Shown here: positions 27,804-38,479 of the stretch, one piece after another
Layout: every line of letters starts with the position of its first letter
How positions within the stretch are numbered: position 1 is the first letter of the stretch
The notes under the pieces: generated by a model
Databases searched by the model: none
What the model was told of the DNA's origin: nothing
The model's input: the letters and a program-made list of their open reading frames with translations, nothing else
Translations under genes and position numbers: made by a program
Source of the DNA: an uncultured Thermoleophilia bacterium
GTDB lineage: Bacteria > Actinomycetota > Thermoleophilia > UBA2241
Reading direction: 5' to 3'
Assembly: GCA_963829205.1 (NCBI GenBank)
Contig: CAWHHT010000005.1
Span: forward strand, 774,187 to 838,186
DNA length: 64,000 nt

Positions 27804-30204
27804 CTAGCGCGACTGCCAGTAGCGATCGATCTCCGGCCCCTTGAGGCGCTCGGTCTTGTTCCCTCTTCGTGTGAAGAAATGCTCTCCGTTGAGGTATTGC
27901 CGAGTCTCTGAAGACTGAATGGATATGCGGCAGATATCGTAGGAGAGATCTGCCTCGGCGTCACGAATGGTGAGTTTCGTCAGCTCGACAAGCTCCTGGT
28001 CCAAGACGTCCGGACCGATCCGACTCTCGATCAACTCGGTCAATCTCCTCTGGTAGCTGTCCCAGCCCTTCTTGTCGTACTCGATGTCCAGCCCGAGTAT
28101 CAGCTTGTCCTCAACGACGAGAATCTCGCCAAGGCGCTCGGGGAGCTGCCGCGCGGAAGTCTTCCTTCTCAGCAACACCGACCACCACGTCCCCGCCCTT
28201 GGAATTCAGCATTGCGACGATTGAGCGGAGAACACCTTCGTCCTCGAGTCCCGTGGAAGTCGACTTCTCGCCATCGCCGAGAAGCAAACGCCGTACATCG
28301 ACCGACAAGGATGACTTGAACTCCAGTGTGTCGCTCTCGTCGCGCGAGGCGAGCTTCCGAACGCTGCTGGTGCGCATTTGCTCATCGCGCATGACAGCGG
28401 TCTTCAAACGCTCCTCGTACCAAGGAGACCGAAAACCAACCTGCGCTGCGTACATGATCTGACACAGACTCTCACGCAGCTCGTTGCTTCGCCCGAGGGC
28501 TCCACCAGCCTTTCGGTAGGTCTCGATTTCCGCCGGGTCAGCCAAGTCAAAGTGGGAGACCAGCGGAGCGAGAAACTGCGCACAGACGTCTGCGAACCGG
28601 GCGAGGTCCTCGAGTTCGATCGGGCGCTGCAAGTTGGCTGAGAGCACGTCCTTCATGACGCCGAAGAGAACAGGAAGGGAAGCTTTGGTTCTGAGGTAGT
28701 GTGCGTCACCAGCATCCCACTTCTCAGGCAACGCGTCGCGGAACACCGAGAAGAACGCCTCGATGCGCGCTGCGGCGAAGTCCACGGTCGCAATGTGATC
28801 ATCGTGGAAGAGAAGTTCCTCTTTCGGATTGACCAGTCCAAAACGGTGGATGGCGTTGCAGACCGAGTAGAGGGAGAGGTTGCCAGGATTGTCGTCTTTC
28901 GGGATCTTGATGTGGCCCCTGAAAGGCGATGTGTGATCGTTGTTCAGCTTCTTCGCGATGCACGAGACCATCCATAGTTGCCGTTCTCTCGGATCGTCGG
29001 ATTCCGAGTACAAATCCTCGTACAGGTCCCACAGTAGATCCGGCGGGACCGCCTTCTGGTTCTTGTTGATGTCAACGAAGACTTTGGCCTGTGTATGCGC
29101 ACTCTCGTTCACGAACGCGATGACCGGCAGCATGGCCGTCTTCTTCTCGCGAAGGTCCGCGAATCCGTACAGACGGTGTTGCCCGTCGATGATCCAGGCG
29201 CAGCCGTAGTAGGGGGGCAAGGTCACGGCAACCGGCTCGCCTCCACCCTGCATGCCCTGCAGCGTCGGCTTATCACAGAGCTTGTCTTCGCGAACAAAGG
29301 CACGCGTGAAGTTAACGATGATGCTTCCGGGGAAGAAGCCGCCTCCGCGAATGAACTGCTCGATCTGCCGGACCCGATTCTTGTTGATCATGCGCTGATA
29401 GCTATCGGTCAGATCGGAGAAACGAGAGTCGCCAGTCCTGTGATGAACAAACGCAATCTTCAGTAGTTGATCTGGCGTTAGCACAAATGAGTAGAAGGTT
29501 CTGCCACCCATCTTCGCTTTGAGCGCGGGAACCTTCACCTGGAAGTTCTTGATCTTACTGTTGCGGAACACGCGGTTGTACACGAGGTATTTGGCTCCCT
29601 CACCGGCCAGTTGCGTCAGGTCCTGCATGCTCGAGACGTCACGCTCATCCCACTTAACAATGTCGTGATCACGCGCATCAAGCACATCGTTGTCCGACCA
29701 CACGATGTTCTCGGTGGCCAGGACGAAAACACACCGAAGGTCGCGCCGGTCCAAGGCGTCCTTGAGTGCGGTGCGCACGTCGTCCATGTTGCCGCGAATC
29801 TCGGCGATATCTCGCTTGAGGTCGCGCGCGCCCAAGTCATTGCGCGCTTTGCACTCAACGACGAAGGCAACATCCTCATCGATCGCCACTACATCGATCT
29901 GCTTCGTCTTGTCCACACCTTCGCGAGTCTTGAGCTTGAGATGGAAGTCGGGCGTGCTGATGTACTCGGCCCCCAGGTCAAACATGAGCTTCCAGATCCG
30001 ATTCTCGAGGCGCTGCCACGGCTCCTTGTCCCGGATGAGCCTGACGCGCGTCTTGCCCTCCCTCTTGATGGACCAGCCCTCGGGCACAGCGTCGCCGGCC
30101 TTGATGCTCTGCTCTACCGTCTCCTTGGCGCGTTCTCTGTAGTCCCTGGCTCCCACCTGATCGGCCGGCACAAGAGACCCCCGATGAATGTGCCCCAGAT
30201 CCAT
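27804..30204 (-). CDS. PD-(D/E)XK nuclease-like + DGQHR (DndB/ParB-like) + Schlafen AlbA_2 fusion (frameshift near 28150)
   Basis: N-terminal QIDVVAID...VVECKA; central YQRMINKNRV and WIIDGQHRLYG; C-terminal ESDTLEFKSS and AMLNSKGGDVVVGV, continuing in ORF 27804-28178 (FFTRRGNKTERL). Confidence 0.78.
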
Positions 30205-30507
30205 ACGCTGCTGCCTCCAGATGTCCCAACACACGACTCGATGACGTGCGTCTACGGATCAGGTCGTTGGCGTTGATCCTATCCCTACGCAGCACGAGGA
30301 TCGATGTCGGCCGAAGTCCCGTTGGCCGCTATTGCGTCGGAGCCTGCGTGAGGTCGGTGGTGGGGCGCCACCGGCCTCGGAGACCGGGGTCTGCCACTTC
30401 CAGAGGATGACTGGCTCGGGTGTCCGTCTACTGCGACCGCAACGTCGCCGCGATACGAGTGGCCATTTCTCTCAGTCGCATGAGTCGCCCAACACTCCGA
30501 CCCACGG

Positions 30508-31558
30508 CTAGCTGACGAGTTCGCCCCACAGGGCCATGGAACTCGTCTTGACCTCGAGCTGGGTGAGCCGAGCTACGACATCCTTGGGGAACTCGGAGAG
30601 AAGCTGGTGGAGCGGGCGTCGGCTCCAGGCGAGCGCGTCCAGGAGAACGTCAGAGAACTGCGAGTAGACCGTCACGAAGACCCCGGTCTCTTCCCAGGCC
30701 TCGCGAGACAGGCGCTGCACATCCGCGTCGACCGACGACAGACCAGCGATCATTGCGTGCGGGAAGCCAGCAGCGGGACACAGCTCTGACGAAGTGCACT
30801 GCGTCCGAGTAGGTGACCAGCTTCGCCCTGACCTCGACGGCGATGACTGGTTCCAGCTTGTGGAATGCTTGCACGTCGCCGGGCAACTTCCGGGAGGGAT
30901 CGAAGACCTTCGCGGTCCGGACGTCGTCGAACACGAGATCGAACGCCGCGGCCACAAGCGCCTGCGCCCTCTTGCCGCTCTCGGCGCTGCTGTCCAGGAA
31001 GTGATCGCAAGCATCCCTGATCCTCAACAGGTCGGCGCTCGTGTGACCCAGATCCGTAGGAATCGCCTGATCCCTTGCGGCGACGCGCTGGCGCAAGAAG
31101 GCGGCAAGTGCCTCCACTGCCTCCTCCTCACGAAGGTAGTGGACCGCTTCAAGGCATTCGACCAGGTACTTGATCTCGCCCGGGTGCTTGACCCGCGGCA
31201 TGTCGTCGACCCGGTCGGAGTAGAAGAACGGCTGGTTGTTCAATGGCTCCCGACCGGTAGTGCGAAGATCGAAGCCATGGTCGATGGACGCCGGCACAAG
31301 GACCTCATGGGCCAAACCGCGGGCCGAGTACGCCTTGTTGCCGGCCCGGGATTTCAGAGTCAGAGCGTCGACCGTATCGTCGGTCGCGGTGGCCAGGAGC
31401 GCCGTGCCCAGGACGACGAGGCACGTCTTGTCCTCGAACTGCGCGACTTTCTGCGTGCGCTCACTCCAGGCCGACGGCAGCTCAGCGCTTGAGCGAGCGA
31501 GCTTCAATGACCGCTCGAGCTGTTCTCGCGCCCGCCTCTTGTTGATCTTCAGCCCCAT
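30508..31558 (-). CDS. SacI-family type II restriction endonuclease (frameshift near 30770)
   Basis: Motifs YSARGLAHEVLVP, GREPLNNQPFF and PGDV...VEVRAK; coupled to the C5-MTase. Confidence 0.75.
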
Positions 31559-32745
31559 CAGCCGCTGGGGTGAACGACCGTGGCCAGGGACAGATCCCGG
31601 ACGTCTCTCGCATCAGCAGTTCGGCTCAGCAGACCAAGTTGTTCGGCAAGCGCACCCACGACCGCCTTGCCCAGCTCCAGCGGGACTGCGTTGCCAAGCT
31701 GGCGCCGGATCGTCGCCGCATCCCCCTCGACAAGGTAGTCGTCCGGAAGCGACATCAGTCTGAGCAGCTCGGCCTTGCTGAGTCGACGCGCCCGCGCGAT
31801 GCCCTCGTCGTTGCAGACGTTCTGCCAATGGAAAGGTCCGACCCACGGGCCGGGTTGGGCCTGAAGGGTGCTCGAGGGTCGATCCGGATCGAGACGAAGG
31901 AGAAACGTCCAGTAGCGGCTGCGCCACTTGAAGACATCGCGGCCGCCGTAGCGCTCAGTGTGCCAAAGGTAGTTCTGGCCAGGCGGAACCTCAGCCAAGA
32001 GGTCTGCGTAGGTGCCTTCCGCGATCTCTCCGGACGCGGATGGATCCGCTAGCAAGGGCCCGATCGCACTTCCCGCCGTGATGTAGGGCTTCTTGGTAGG
32101 GTCGAAGGTGCGCGTATGCTCGCTCCACCCCGAGTGCGTCGGCTCGGGGAAACGGAACTCCTCGCCATCCCGTCTTCCCACGACAAAAACGCGGCGGCGC
32201 AGCTGCGGATCGCCATAGTCCGCTGCCATGAGCACCTTGTAGGTAGGCCGATACCCGGCGCGCGACAACTGCTCGAGAACCCTGGCGAGCTGCTGCCTGT
32301 GCGTCGCATAGGTGAGTCCCTGAACGTTCTCGAGGATGAAGGCACGCGGCCGTGCTTCGCTGACGATTCGGGCGTATTCGTCGAGCAGGGATGCATTGGG
32401 ATCGGAGCTGCTGCGCTTCTCCTCCAGCCAGAAGCCGGACTTCGAGAACGGCGTGCAAGGCGGTCCGCCGACCACCATCTCAGCCTCGCCTTTGGCCACC
32501 CCCGCCCTTTCCAGCAGATCGCGCGTGGACAGCTCGCGGATGTCGCCATGGACTGTCGGAACGCCCGGAAAGTTGGCCTGAAGAGAACGCAGAGCACGCT
32601 CGTCGTAGTCCGTCGCAGCCGCGACGGTGAGAGGCCCTTCCACGCGCGTTCCATTGGAGCCGAACGGCTCAGCGCAGCGTTCAACGGCAAGATCTAGGCA
32701 GCCGGCGCCAGAGAACAGACTGAGAACTGGGAGTTTGGTGGCCAT
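31558..32745 (-). CDS. C5-cytosine DNA methyltransferase, M.SacI-like
   Basis: Motifs I FSGAG, IV GGPPCTPFS, VI ENVQG, VIII QLRRRVF and X QLGNAVP. The TRD region resembles M.SacI as I recall it. Confidence 0.92.
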   Translation of the reverse strand: MATKLPVLSLFSGAGCLDLAVERCAEPFGSNGTRVEGPLTVAAATDYDERALRSLQANFPGVPTVHGDIRELSTRDLLERAGVAKGEAEMVVGGPPCTPFSKSGFWLEEKRSSSDPNASLLDEYARIVSEARPRAFILENVQGLTYATHRQQLARVLEQLSRAGYRPTYKVLMAADYGDPQLRRRVFVVGRRDGEEFRFPEPTHSGWSEHTRTFDPTKKPYITAGSAIGPLLADPSASGEIAEGTYADLLAEVPPGQNYLWHTERYGGRDVFKWRSRYWTFLLRLDPDRPSSTLQAQPGPWVGPFHWQNVCNDEGIARARRLSKAELLRLMSLPDDYLVEGDAATIRRQLGNAVPLELGKAVVGALAEQLGLLSRTADARDVRDLSLATVVHPSG

Positions 32746-32839
32746 CAGATGACCGTCCAGTGAGTAGCGAGAAGATCCTTCACGTCTGTCCTAGGCTAAC
32801 ATCGCCAGCGGATGGAAGAAACGAGCGCGATGGTGGACA

Positions 32840-33278
32840 TTGAAACTGGGCGACGCCGGATACCCCAAGCCAAGCAGTGAAGCCGCATCCAGCGTAATGC
32901 GAGGTAACCGCAAGACCGACTCTCGACCTGAGACGAGTCTGCGGCGCGCGCTTCACGCGCGAGGCCTTAGGTACCGCAAGAATCGACGGTGCCGACGTAT
33001 CGGCGGCGTCAAGCCTGACCTTGCTTCCCTGGGCCCGAAAGTGGCGGTATTCGTTGACGGATGCTTCTGGCACTCCTGTCCGGCGCATGGGGAACACGCC
33101 ACGGACGAACCTCGCCTACTGGGAGCCCAAGCTCCGTGGCAACAGCGAACGTGATCGATTGGTGACGGACGCTCTGACCGCGGAAGGATGGATGGTCGTC
33201 CGGGTCTGGGAGCACGAACCGCTGACGAGCGCGGCCTCCACGGTAGAGGCTGCAGTACGCGCCCGGACCGGGCGCTGA
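32840..33278 (+). CDS. vsr: Very short patch repair endonuclease (frameshift near 33095)
   Basis: Motifs RPETSLRRALHARGLRYR and VFVDGCFWH, then YWEPKL...N..RD and VRVWEHE in the second frame. Confidence 0.88.
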
Positions 33279-33291
33279 CCAAGTTCTCGAC

Positions 33292-34389
33292 TCAGGCCGA
33301 GCGAAAGCCTTCGTCGAGCGCCGGCGCGTATTCGGCAATCCCATTCAGGAAGCCTGGCTTGAGCTGATCCTGGTAGCGACGGACGGTCTCGGCCTCCTGG
33401 AACAAGCGCGAATACGAGATGAAGCCGCACACGTTTCTCAGCGGCGGGTCCAAGGCATCAAAGTCGGGCGCACGAGCTCGCTGAGGACCTTGGCCCGCCG
33501 CGAATCCGGCGCAACGATGTACAGCCGGATCATGATATTCGGGTGCAAGGTGACCAAGTCCGCCATCCGCAAGAGGCCTGAGTACACCGACGTCGTGTGC
33601 TCGATCTCGAAGGCCGCTTCGACTCGGTTGCCGCGCAGCCAAAGCACGTCGATATGCTCGATCAGCGACATGACCTGCGCCTCGAACTGATGTGGAAGAG
33701 AGTCTCGGAGCCGAGGGGCATCCTGGAAGCTCTGACCGCCATACGACCTGTTCCGGTCGTTACGCGCCACCCAGACGTCAAGACCGAGAGAAGCCCCCAT
33801 TTGGAGCAGGCACCATTGGACCTGATCGTGAGTGATGTCCTCACCTGCCGGCACCGGCACGCTCGGGAGGGAGTCTTCGTCGCCCTGCGCAGGGACGCTC
33901 ACGAGTCGAGCGGCGCCAGCCGGCGGCTCTGCAACCAACCTGCGCACTGGCAGTATCAGTCCCGGATACGACGCTCAGCGGGAAGACCCATACCCACCGC
34001 ATGTCGCCATCTTGGTCGGGTTCACGCCTGCGATAGGGCTCTTCAGCGAGTTCGACCTGCCCACGGAACACGTAGCGGCCTGTGCGCTTCTTTTCGAACA
34101 GGAAGACACCGGTATCGTTGGCTTCGGCATCGCGCAGCCACCGATTCCCCTCGTAGTCGAGACTCTGGTCGCCGTGAAGGCCCGTGCCGCGGTAGTGCAT
34201 GATCCCCGCGTCATCCCATTCATCGGCGTAGATCGAGACGCTGTGCTTGTGGGTACGGTCAACTACCAAGACGAGGCTATTGGTGGACTTGGAACACCGC
34301 ATGCCCTTGCCTTGCTGACACTGGAACGTCGCGATCAGCTCCGAGTGACTGAGCTCAGCACCCTGCTCTATGCCAGGATCGAATGCCAT
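33292..34389 (-). CDS. SRA-like (PUA-fold) domain + PD-(D/E)XK nuclease, putative modification-dependent REase (two frameshifts)
   Basis: GMRCS...YADEWD...HYRGTG..GDQ...VFLFE...VWVFPL, then IDVLWL...AAFEIEHTTSVYSGLLRMADL. Assembled from ORFs 33841, 33438 and 33292. Confidence 0.65.
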
Positions 34390-34477
34390 AGCCTCAAATG
34401 GTTGACAATCGAATTCTACATTCATCGGAGCAGTCACCAGGCCTTCGTCGCAATCCCGACACTGCGCCCGCCCTCGT

Positions 34478-34523
34478 TTGACACCCACGCGGGCATGCGT
34501 ATACTTGCATCATGGTGCAAGTA
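34478..34523 (+). promoter_or_regulatory. ars promoter and ArsR operator; apparently leaderless
   Basis: TTGACA-16nt-TATACT-6nt-ATG; inverted repeat TACTTGCA-N6-TGCAAGTA at 34502-34523. Confidence 0.7.
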
Positions 34524-34887
34524 AGCAAGAGTCCGGGTCGCGAGCTGAAGTCCTCGCTGCTGCGCGGGCCTGGAGGACCTCCTCTCGCCGCGGCTCTTCA
34601 AGGCGCTCTCCGACCCGCGGAGGCTGCAGCTGTTCGTGCGCCTGGCCGGCGAAGGCTGCGCGTGCACCGTCGGCCAGCTCGCGGACGGCAGCGGCGTCGA
34701 CCTCTCGGTCGTCTCCCGCCACCTCGCCGTGCTGCGCGAGGCCGGCGTCATCAAATGTGAGAAGCAGGGCAAGGAAGTCTGGTGCACGGTGCAGACCGGT
34801 GAGGTCGCACAGATCCTGCGGGACCTCGCCGACGCGCTCGACGCCTGCTGCCCGGCCTGCTCCACGGACGAAAGGACCACCCCATGA
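34512..34887 (+). CDS. arsR: ArsR family regulator (frameshift near 34560)
   Basis: Motifs FKALSDPRRL and VSRHLAVLREAG; C-terminal CCPAC. Confidence 0.8.
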
Positions 34888-35779
34888 GCACGACCCCCGA
34901 CACCACCGCCCCCGAGCAGGTACGCAGCGAAGTCGCCAAGGCGTACGGCGAGCGCGTGACCATGCCGGCGTCCGGAGGCTGCTGCGGCGGCGGGAGCCGC
35001 CCAGGGCAGCTCCGCCGTGGACGCCCGCAAGGGCGCCGTCGTCGAGTTCGCCGGCTACACCGCCGAGGAGCTGGCGGCCATCCCCGACGACGCCGTCGTG
35101 AACTCGTTCGGCTGCGGCAACCCGCTGGCGCTCGCCGGCCTGCGCCCCGGCGACGTCGTCCTGGACCTCGGGTCCGGCGCCGGCATCGACCTGCTGCTGG
35201 CCGCGCGCCTCGTCGGGCCCGGAGGGCCGCGTGATCGGCGTGGACATGACCGACGAGATGGTCGCCCGCGCGCGCGCCAACGCCGCCGCGGCGGGCTTCG
35301 CCAACATCGACGTGCGCAAGGGCATCATCGAGGAGCTGCCGGTGGAGGACTCCTCCGTGGACTGGGTCATCTCCAACTGCGTCATCAACCTCTCGCCCGA
35401 GAAGGACCGTGTGTTCGCCGAGATCGCCCGTGTGCTGCGCCCCGGCGGCCAGATGCTGGTCTCCGACATCGTCGCCGAGAGCCTCCCGGAGGAGATCCGC
35501 TCCCTGCCGGCCGCCTACTCGAGCTGCATCTCCGGCGCCATCAGCGAGGCCGACTACCTCGCCGGCCTGCGCGCCGCCGGCCTGACCGACGTGGAGGTGC
35601 GCGACCGGCTGATCTACGACGCCGGGCAGCTCGCGAGCTTCGCCACCTCCGACACCGAGGGCGTGTGCAGCTGCGGCTCCCAGCTCAGCGACGAGCTCGT
35701 GGCCGTCGTGGGCGAGTACGCGCGCGGCCTCGAGGGCCAGGTGTGGAGCGCCAAGGTGTACGCACGGCGGCCTGACTGA
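34884..35779 (+). CDS. arsM: Arsenite methyltransferase (two frameshifts)
   Basis: Motifs [34 protein letters not shown] and SCISGA. Confidence 0.85.
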
Positions 35780-35822
35780 GAGATAGCCCGCGGGGCCCGT
35801 TTGCCGGACGTAAGATCCCTCC

Positions 35823-36866
35823 ATGGTCAGCAATGACGCGGGATCTGGTCGCGACACCCTCGCCTGGCTCCTCGAGGGTGACCCCTCGGTGCGCGCCTTC
35901 ACGCTCATGCGGCTGCTCGGCGAGCCCGCGCTGGGCGCGGCCGGAGATGGCGCCGCGGCCGCGGAGGCCCGGCGCCGGATCATGACAGAAGGCGCCGTGC
36001 CGGCCATCCTCGCGGCGCAGCGCGAAGACGGCGGCTGGTCTGCCCCGGAGCGCTGCTACACGGCCAAGTACACCGGCACGGTGTGGCAGCTCCTCATCCT
36101 CGCCGAGCTCGGCGCGGACGGCGCCGACGAGCGCGTGCGCCGCGGCTGCGAGGCGATGCTGCGCGACGCGCAGGACGCCGCCTCGGGCGGCTTCGGCCAC
36201 AGGCACGCCGCGGCCGGCGGCTGCACGCACAGCTCGGTCATCCCCTGCCTCACCGGCAACATGGTCTACAGCCTCGTCCGCCTCGGCATGCTGGACGACC
36301 CGCGCGTGCAGCGGGCCATCGACTGGATCGCCACCTACCAGCGCTTCGACGACGGCGAGGGCGACGCGCCCACCGGCTGGCCCTACGACCCGCTCGAGAT
36401 GTGCTGGGGCCGCCACACCTGCCACATGGGGGCGGCCAAGGCACTCAAGGCGCTCGCCGAGATCCCACCCGAGCGTCGCACGCCGGCGGTCCAGAGCACC
36501 ATCGCCGCCGGCGCCGAGTACTTCCTCACGCACCACGTCCACCGCCGCAGCCACGACCTGAGCCGCGACTCCAAGGCCGGCTGGCGGCGCTTCGGCTTCC
36601 CGCTCATGTATCAGACCGATGTGCTCGAGCTGCTGGGGATCCTCACGCGCCTGGGGCGCGAAGGCGCGACCACGCCCTCGGGCGCGCCCATCCATGGCGA
36701 CCCGCGCATGGACGAGGCGCTGGCGCTGGTCGCGAGCAAGGCCGACGCGCAGGGCCGGTGGAAGCTCCAGAGCACCTTCAACGGTCGCTTCGTCGTGGAC
36801 ATCGAGACCAAGGGCGAGCCCAGCCGCTGGGTGACGGCGAAGGCGCTCGAGGTCCTGCGAGCTTGA
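35823..36866 (+). CDS. Prenyltransferase/squalene oxidase repeat protein
   Basis: QREDGGW and QRFDDG repeats; FGFP..YQTDVLE; GEPSRWVT. Confidence 0.7.
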   Translation: MVSNDAGSGRDTLAWLLEGDPSVRAFTLMRLLGEPALGAAGDGAAAAEARRRIMTEGAVPAILAAQREDGGWSAPERCYTAKYTGTVWQLLILAELGADGADERVRRGCEAMLRDAQDAASGGFGHRHAAAGGCTHSSVIPCLTGNMVYSLVRLGMLDDPRVQRAIDWIATYQRFDDGEGDAPTGWPYDPLEMCWGRHTCHMGAAKALKALAEIPPERRTPAVQSTIAAGAEYFLTHHVHRRSHDLSRDSKAGWRRFGFPLMYQTDVLELLGILTRLGREGATTPSGAPIHGDPRMDEALALVASKADAQGRWKLQSTFNGRFVVDIETKGEPSRWVTAKALEVLRA

Positions 36867-36961
36867 GGCGGGCGCTTTCGCGCCGACGATCCCGCACACC
36901 GTTGACGCACCTCCTGCGAAACAGGGAGACTGGCCGCAGGGCATCAACGGAAGGGGACCGT

Positions 36962-37567
36962 ATGGATCTTGTAGCGACACGCCGCGCGATCATGCTCGTT
37001 CTGGTCGCGACCGCTTTGCTGCTGGCCGTGCCCGGCGTCGCCGGGGCGCACGTGAAAGCGAAGTACAAGGCCGAGTACAAATCGAGGCTCACTTCCCTCA
37101 ACAAGGGGTTCCTGGCCTTCGGTAGCAAGTACGACAACATGAAGGATGGATCGGTCAACGTGGCGGAGACCATGGCTCCGATGATCGGCGACCCCAACCA
37201 GCATGAGCAGTTGGTCGACCACGAGAACTGGTGCCTCACCATCTACAACACGTACAAGGGCAAGCCGGCGACGTGGAACCTCGCTTATGCCAAGGCCATC
37301 AACACCTTCAAGGGCAAGGCCGCGCGCTACTTCGCCACCGCGGCGCAGCAGCGCAAGTTCAAGCACGACTGCGACTTGCTCAAGGCCTATGGCGGCGTCC
37401 TGATAATGCTGGCCAACGACCACGTCTACGACTCGTACCGGCTTCTGGGCATCGACCCGCCGGCCATCGACCTCGCGCAGAAGGCCATCGCCGACGCCGA
37501 CGAGGACGCCGCCACCGGCCACGAGGGCTGGGACAAGTGGCTGACTGCGCTGCGCAGCCTGCTGTAA
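36962..37567 (+). CDS. Secreted hypothetical protein
   Basis: Signal peptide ending AGA, helical Lys-rich body and an RBS. Confidence 0.7.
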   Translation: MDLVATRRAIMLVLVATALLLAVPGVAGAHVKAKYKAEYKSRLTSLNKGFLAFGSKYDNMKDGSVNVAETMAPMIGDPNQHEQLVDHENWCLTIYNTYKGKPATWNLAYAKAINTFKGKAARYFATAAQQRKFKHDCDLLKAYGGVLIMLANDHVYDSYRLLGIDPPAIDLAQKAIADADEDAATGHEGWDKWLTALRSLL

Positions 37568-37663
37568 GCGCCCGGAGTCGATCTGGGTCCGTTCCCTGTT
37601 GGCGAGGCCTTCCGCGGGAACACTCGAGGATGTGTCACCCGCATCGATCAAAGGGAGTGGACC

Positions 37664-38146
37664 GTGAAACGGATCCTCTCGAAGGCGGCGGGACTTGCGA
37701 TCGCGGCCGTCGCCTCTGCCTACATCTTCTTGCTGGCCGTCGGCGTGACCGCCGCGGCCGCGGGCCCCGGCGCCCATCTCGCGCGCATGCGCACGCTCGC
37801 CGGGGCGCGCCTGTTCAGCCCGCTCGTATCCGTCGTCATCGCGCTGGTGGGGACGGCCGCGATCCTCGGCATCGCCATCCTCTTCACGCCTCGAGAGCCT
37901 CCGGCGTGGCAGCAGGAGATGCGCCGATCGCAGTTCGACGACACCGACGATGAGCGCGGTGAGGAGCGCGAGAGGAGAACGACGAGGAGGACTGGCGCAG
38001 GGCTGCCTGAAGCACCTGGTCGTCAGCCGATAGGACACGACGTGCCGGCAGCGCGGCGGCCGTGGCACTGCGGCGGCGAACGCCCGGCGATGGGCGCGCA
38101 GCCACGGACGCGCGTGCCAGCCCATGGCGCGGCTTGCCCCGCCTAA
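37664..38146 (+). CDS. Hypothetical membrane protein (3' end uncertain)
   Basis: Two TM segments and a GGGAG RBS. Confidence 0.45.
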   Translation: MKRILSKAAGLAIAAVASAYIFLLAVGVTAAAAGPGAHLARMRTLAGARLFSPLVSVVIALVGTAAILGIAILFTPREPPAWQQEMRRSQFDDTDDERGEERERRTTRRTGAGLPEAPGRQPIGHDVPAARRPWHCGGERPAMGAQPRTRVPAHGAACPA

Positions 38147-38275
38147 CGGCGCCCGAGCCTCCGCCGGCTTCACGCGCGCCGACCATAAGTTCACGTCAGC
38201 TTCACATCCGCCCGTCATGGTCGAGGCTCCCGGTCGGGCACGGCTGAGGCCCGACGGCACACGACAGGAGCACAG

Positions 38276-38479
38276 ATGCGATCCACCGAAAAGATCCTCG
38301 ACCCCGATCTTGCAGACCCCGTGTGCGGCAGGCACATCACCGAGGCGACCGCGTTGCTTCGCGCCAACCACGACGGCAGGACCTACCTCTTCTGCTCCGA
38401 GCGCTGCCGCATGCTCTTCTCGCTCCGCCCCGACTCGTATGCAATCGACGATGACACTGCCGAGGTGGCCGCGCGTTGA
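38276..38479 (+). CDS. YHS domain protein
   Basis: Motif DPVCG...TYLFCSERC. Confidence 0.8.
   Translation: MRSTEKILDPDLADPVCGRHITEATALLRANHDGRTYLFCSERCRMLFSLRPDSYAIDDDTAEVAAR

Larger units (their letters stand above)
27606..34440. mobile_element. Horizontally acquired defence island (no integrase seen)
   Basis: Visibly more A/T and A/T-ending codons than the flanks, only defence or DNA-modification genes, and a truncated host gene at the left edge. Boundaries are approximate. Confidence 0.65.

Noticed and set aside
27804-30204. DNA phosphorothioation (dnd) system
   Set aside because: Only a DGQHR domain is present; no dndA/C/D/E or ssp genes are in the window.
35823-36866. Nitrogenase NifH (a label often attached to this family)
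   Set aside because: No P-loop or NifH Cys motifs; it is a prenyltransferase-repeat protein.
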